35,472 bases of DNA from Marinilabiliaceae bacterium (lineage in GTDB: Bacteria > Bacteroidota > Bacteroidia > Bacteroidales > Marinilabiliaceae). The stretch lies in NCBI GenBank assembly GCA_029933425.1, contig JAOZOF010000005.1:1-35472 (forward strand), given 5' to 3'. The notes below the pieces were generated by a model. It saw only the letters and a program-made list of their open reading frames with translations, did no database searches and was not told the DNA's origin. Below, one piece after another: positions 32,798-35,472 of this stretch; within the stretch, counting starts at the first letter, position 1; each line of letters begins with the position of its first letter. The position numbers and the translations under genes are program-made.

Positions 32798-35472
32798 CTA
32801 TTTAACTATTACTACCTTACGTCCGTTCACTATCCAGTACATTCCGGGAATAACCAGTAATGAGAGGAAAAGTGAAAGGCTCATTCCTCCTATCATTGAA
32901 AAGGCAAGAGGACTCAGCATCTCGGAGCCTTCGCCTATACCATAGGCAAGCGGCAGAAATCCGAATATGGTTGAAAGCATGGTCATCAGTATGGGACGCA
33001 TACGAACACGACCTGCCATAAGAAGAGCTTCTTTCACATCATTGCTCTCCTTAAGGAACTTCTCTGTGTAATCGATCATGAGAATACCGTTGTTCACGAC
33101 CACACCTATTATCATGATCATCCCCATAAATGCAGAGATGTCGAGAGGAATCCCTGTTATCTGAAGCATCAGGAATACTCCGGAAACCGAAAGCACTGTT
33201 CCCAAAAGTATCACTCCTGCGGTACGGAATGATTTGAATTCGAACAAAAGGATGGCAAAAACCAGCAGAATACCGAAAACCAGAATTATCATCAATTCAT
33301 GAAATGCCCTTTGCTGACTTTTGTACTGACCACCGATCTCAATTGTGACACCCGGAGGGAGCGGAATATTCGAAAGCATCTGCTGCACATCAATGATGAT
33401 CTCACTGAGCGATCTGCCGGATATCTGACTTTTAATATTCACCACCTGGCTCAGGTTCTCATGGTCAATATCTGTTTTGCCGGGTATCTTATAGATCTCT
33501 GCAACCTCATTCAGTTGCAAAACCCTGTTTATGGAAGCAAGATAGACAGGCATATTCTCTATTTTCTCCAGATGATCGAAATCACTTTTAGGGTATCTGA
33601 CCCTTACCGGAATTATCTTCAGGCCTTCCATCATTCCCGTAACGTTATCACCCCAAAGAGCCATGTGTATGGCATCGCTTATCTCCTTCACCGAAAGTCC
33701 GTATCTTGAAGCAGCTTCCCTCTTTATTCTGAAGGTCAGTTCCGGCTCACCACTCTCAAAACCTTTGTAAACATCCACTGCTCCCTCGATGTTTTCCAGC
33801 GAATCAGCTATCTGAGCCGCAATGCTCTGTATTTTCTCTATTTTCTCACCAAAAACCTTGATAACAATAGGAGCGATCTCTCCGCTCAGGTCATTCAGCC
33901 TGTCGGGCAGCACCTGGAACAACTCAGGCTCAAGACGCGGCTCATGCGCTTCGTCAAAAGCACGCAACTGATCCATTATCTCAAAGGAGGAGCGTTTATG
34001 GTCCTGTTTAAGCTCGATCACGAAATCACCCTCATTCGCATGAGTACGCGGATGGGCAAGACTCCGTCCCACGCGAAGTGAATAAGCCTCAACATCGGGA
34101 ATGGTCATGATGTATGCCGCAAGATCGTCAAGAAGAGATTTGGTCCCTTCAACGGAACTGCCCGGAGGAGCAAGAAAATCGTGCACAATGGTTCCCTCAT
34201 CCCACTCAGGAAGGAAACCACTCGGTATCCTCAGGTAAGAGAATACCGTAACAGCCGCAAAAAGTAATACCAACAAAACAGTTATAAAAGGACGTTTGAT
34301 CAATCCTTTAAGTGCCCATTGCTGAACTCCTATGATCTTAGGCATAACCTTCCCCGGCCTTTTCTTACTTGCCGAAATGAATACTGAAGCCAAAGCAGGT
34401 GTAAGAAATACCGCAAGCAGCATCGAAACAATTATTGCGATGGAAAGTGTGGATGCCAATGCTTTAAAGAATATCCCCGGCACTCCTGTGAGGAACACAA
34501 GCGGAATAAAAACAACAAGCGTGGTCATCGTAGCGCCCAACAGAGGGGATATGATCTCACCTGTTGCCGTAACAACCGCTTCTTTCTTCGAATAACCCTT
34601 TTCAAGATATCTCTCAATGTTCTCAACCACAACAATGGCATTATCGACAAGAATACCTATAGCGGCAGCAAGTCCCCCGAGACTCATCATGTTCAGGTTC
34701 ATGCCCGAAAGATAAACGAAGATAAAAGATATCAGCAGAGCCACCGGAAGAATGGCGGCAGTAACAAGCGTTATGCGAATGCGACGTAAGAACAACAGCA
34801 GTACAAGAACAGTAAGCAATGCTCCGAGCAGAATGGCATCGCGAACACTTTTAATAGAGCCCTTGATAAAATTGGTCATGTCGTACCACTTACTCACTTT
34901 AACATCAGCAGGAAAACCCTTTTCCAGTTCTTTCCAGCGCTTGTCAACCTCCTCCATTATTGAGACTGCATTGGTTCCCGGCTGTTTGATCACGGTTACC
35001 AAAACGGCAGGTTTAAGGTTACTCTCACAGGCAATGAATGTCTCCTGCATAGCAGGCTCAATATCTGCGATCTCCGAAAGAAATACAGGAACAGCACCGT
35101 TGCGGGCAACTATGGTCTTGCCTATGTCCTCAATACTTAAAAATCTGTTGTCAGCTATGTTCAGGTAAAGTTTGTTCTCCTCATTCAGGCGCCCCACATA
35201 TTTAAGGTCATTCGACTGTCTTAATTTTTCTTCGATCTGTTTGTAATCGATATGCAGTGCTGCAAGCTTTTCAGGCTTAAGGTTTACCCTGTATTCGCGC
35301 TGATGCCCGCCCATGACCTCAATGTTGTATATCCCCGGAATACTTGCAAGCTGAGGACGTATGGTGTAAATAGCAAGATCACGCAATTGCTCAAGGTCAA
35401 GCCTGTCGGAAACAAGACTGTATCCTGCCACAGGATAGGTACTGGTGGTAAAACGACGCACCTCAAGCTGAA
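32798..35472 (-). CDS. RND efflux transporter permease subunit (AcrB/CusA/CzcA superfamily), N-terminus beyond the right edge
   Basis: The reading frame is open to the window end. The M in the ORF track is an internal GTG. Typical RND strings are present (LVDNAIVVVENIERYL and IIGVVVNNGILMIDY), along with two clusters of TM helices separated by periplasmic domains. Confidence 0.9.
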   Translation of the reverse strand, partial: QLEVRRFTTSTYPVAGYSLVSDRLDLEQLRDLAIYTIRPQLASIPGIYNIEVMGGHQREYRVNLKPEKLAALHIDYKQIEEKLRQSNDLKYVGRLNEENKLYLNIADNRFLSIEDIGKTIVARNGAVPVFLSEIADIEPAMQETFIACESNLKPAVLVTVIKQPGTNAVSIMEEVDKRWKELEKGFPADVKVSKWYDMTNFIKGSIKSVRDAILLGALLTVLVLLLFLRRIRITLVTAAILPVALLISFIFVYLSGMNLNMMSLGGLAAAIGILVDNAIVVVENIERYLEKGYSKKEAVVTATGEIISPLLGATMTTLVVFIPLVFLTGVPGIFFKALASTLSIAIIVSMLLAVFLTPALASVFISASKKRPGKVMPKIIGVQQWALKGLIKRPFITVLLVLLFAAVTVFSYLRIPSGFLPEWDEGTIVHDFLAPPGSSVEGTKSLLDDLAAYIMTIPDVEAYSLRVGRSLAHPRTHANEGDFVIELKQDHKRSSFEIMDQLRAFDEAHEPRLEPELFQVLPDRLNDLSGEIAPIVIKVFGEKIEKIQSIAAQIADSLENIEGAVDVYKGFESGEPELTFRIKREAASRYGLSVKEISDAIHMALWGDNVTGMMEGLKIIPVRVRYPKSDFDHLEKIENMPVYLASINRVLQLNEVAEIYKIPGKTDIDHENLSQVVNIKSQISGRSLSEIIIDVQQMLSNIPLPPGVTIEIGGQYKSQQRAFHELMIILVFGILLVFAILLFEFKSFRTAGVILLGTVLSVSGVFLMLQITGIPLDISAFMGMIMIIGVVVNNGILMIDYTEKFLKESNDVKEALLMAGRVRMRPILMTMLSTIFGFLPLAYGIGEGSEMLSPLAFSMIGGMSLSLFLSLLVIPGMYWIVNGRKVVIVK

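Noticed and set aside
1-35472. CRISPR arrays, tRNA/rRNA genes and IS elements.
   Set aside because: I scanned the intergenic regions 244-375, 1366-1567, 2342-2638, 19492-20034, 21752-21954, 23779-24069, 30099-30546, 31219-31403 and 31839-32049. None shows regularly spaced direct repeats, a tRNA cloverleaf with a T-loop GTTCRA motif, or terminal inverted repeats.

Overview
This is a Bacteroidota-type chromosomal window. The evidence is a T9SS type-B C-terminal sorting domain cargo followed by a PorP/SprF gene, TAnnTTTG promoter boxes, and mostly Shine-Dalgarno-less starts. I found no rRNA, tRNA, CRISPR array, integrase or transposase. Both flanks carry ordinary genes. The left flank has a lipoprotein with a retropepsin-like DTGS motif and a CPBP intramembrane protease. 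The right flank has an orphan histidine kinase, a DUF1858-like redox protein, a Lys-rich secreted protein, proline dehydrogenase, a 1643-aa 10x PKD T9SS cargo with PorP/SprF, ung, hsp20, an SGNH hydrolase, and a partial RND efflux permease. The centre (2639-19491, minus strand, about 47% of the window) is one tightly packed five-gene operon. It encodes proteins of 1495, 966, 2296 and 616 aa in which I can find no catalytic, secretion, repeat-toxin or phage-tail signature. Its last gene is translationally coupled by an ATGA overlap and encodes a 213-aa protein that matches only the P-loop C-terminal half of tRNA 2-selenouridine synthase (SelU/MnmH), without the rhodanese domain. I consider this operon the candidate undescribed system. 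Its function cannot be read from the sequence, and all functional ideas below are hypotheses. Smaller observations are a possible sRNA with an intrinsic terminator convergent on the operon end, leaderless-type promoter geometry at two genes, a perfect 16-bp palindrome upstream of the T9SS cargo gene, and a hairpin-dense 450-bp non-coding gap.
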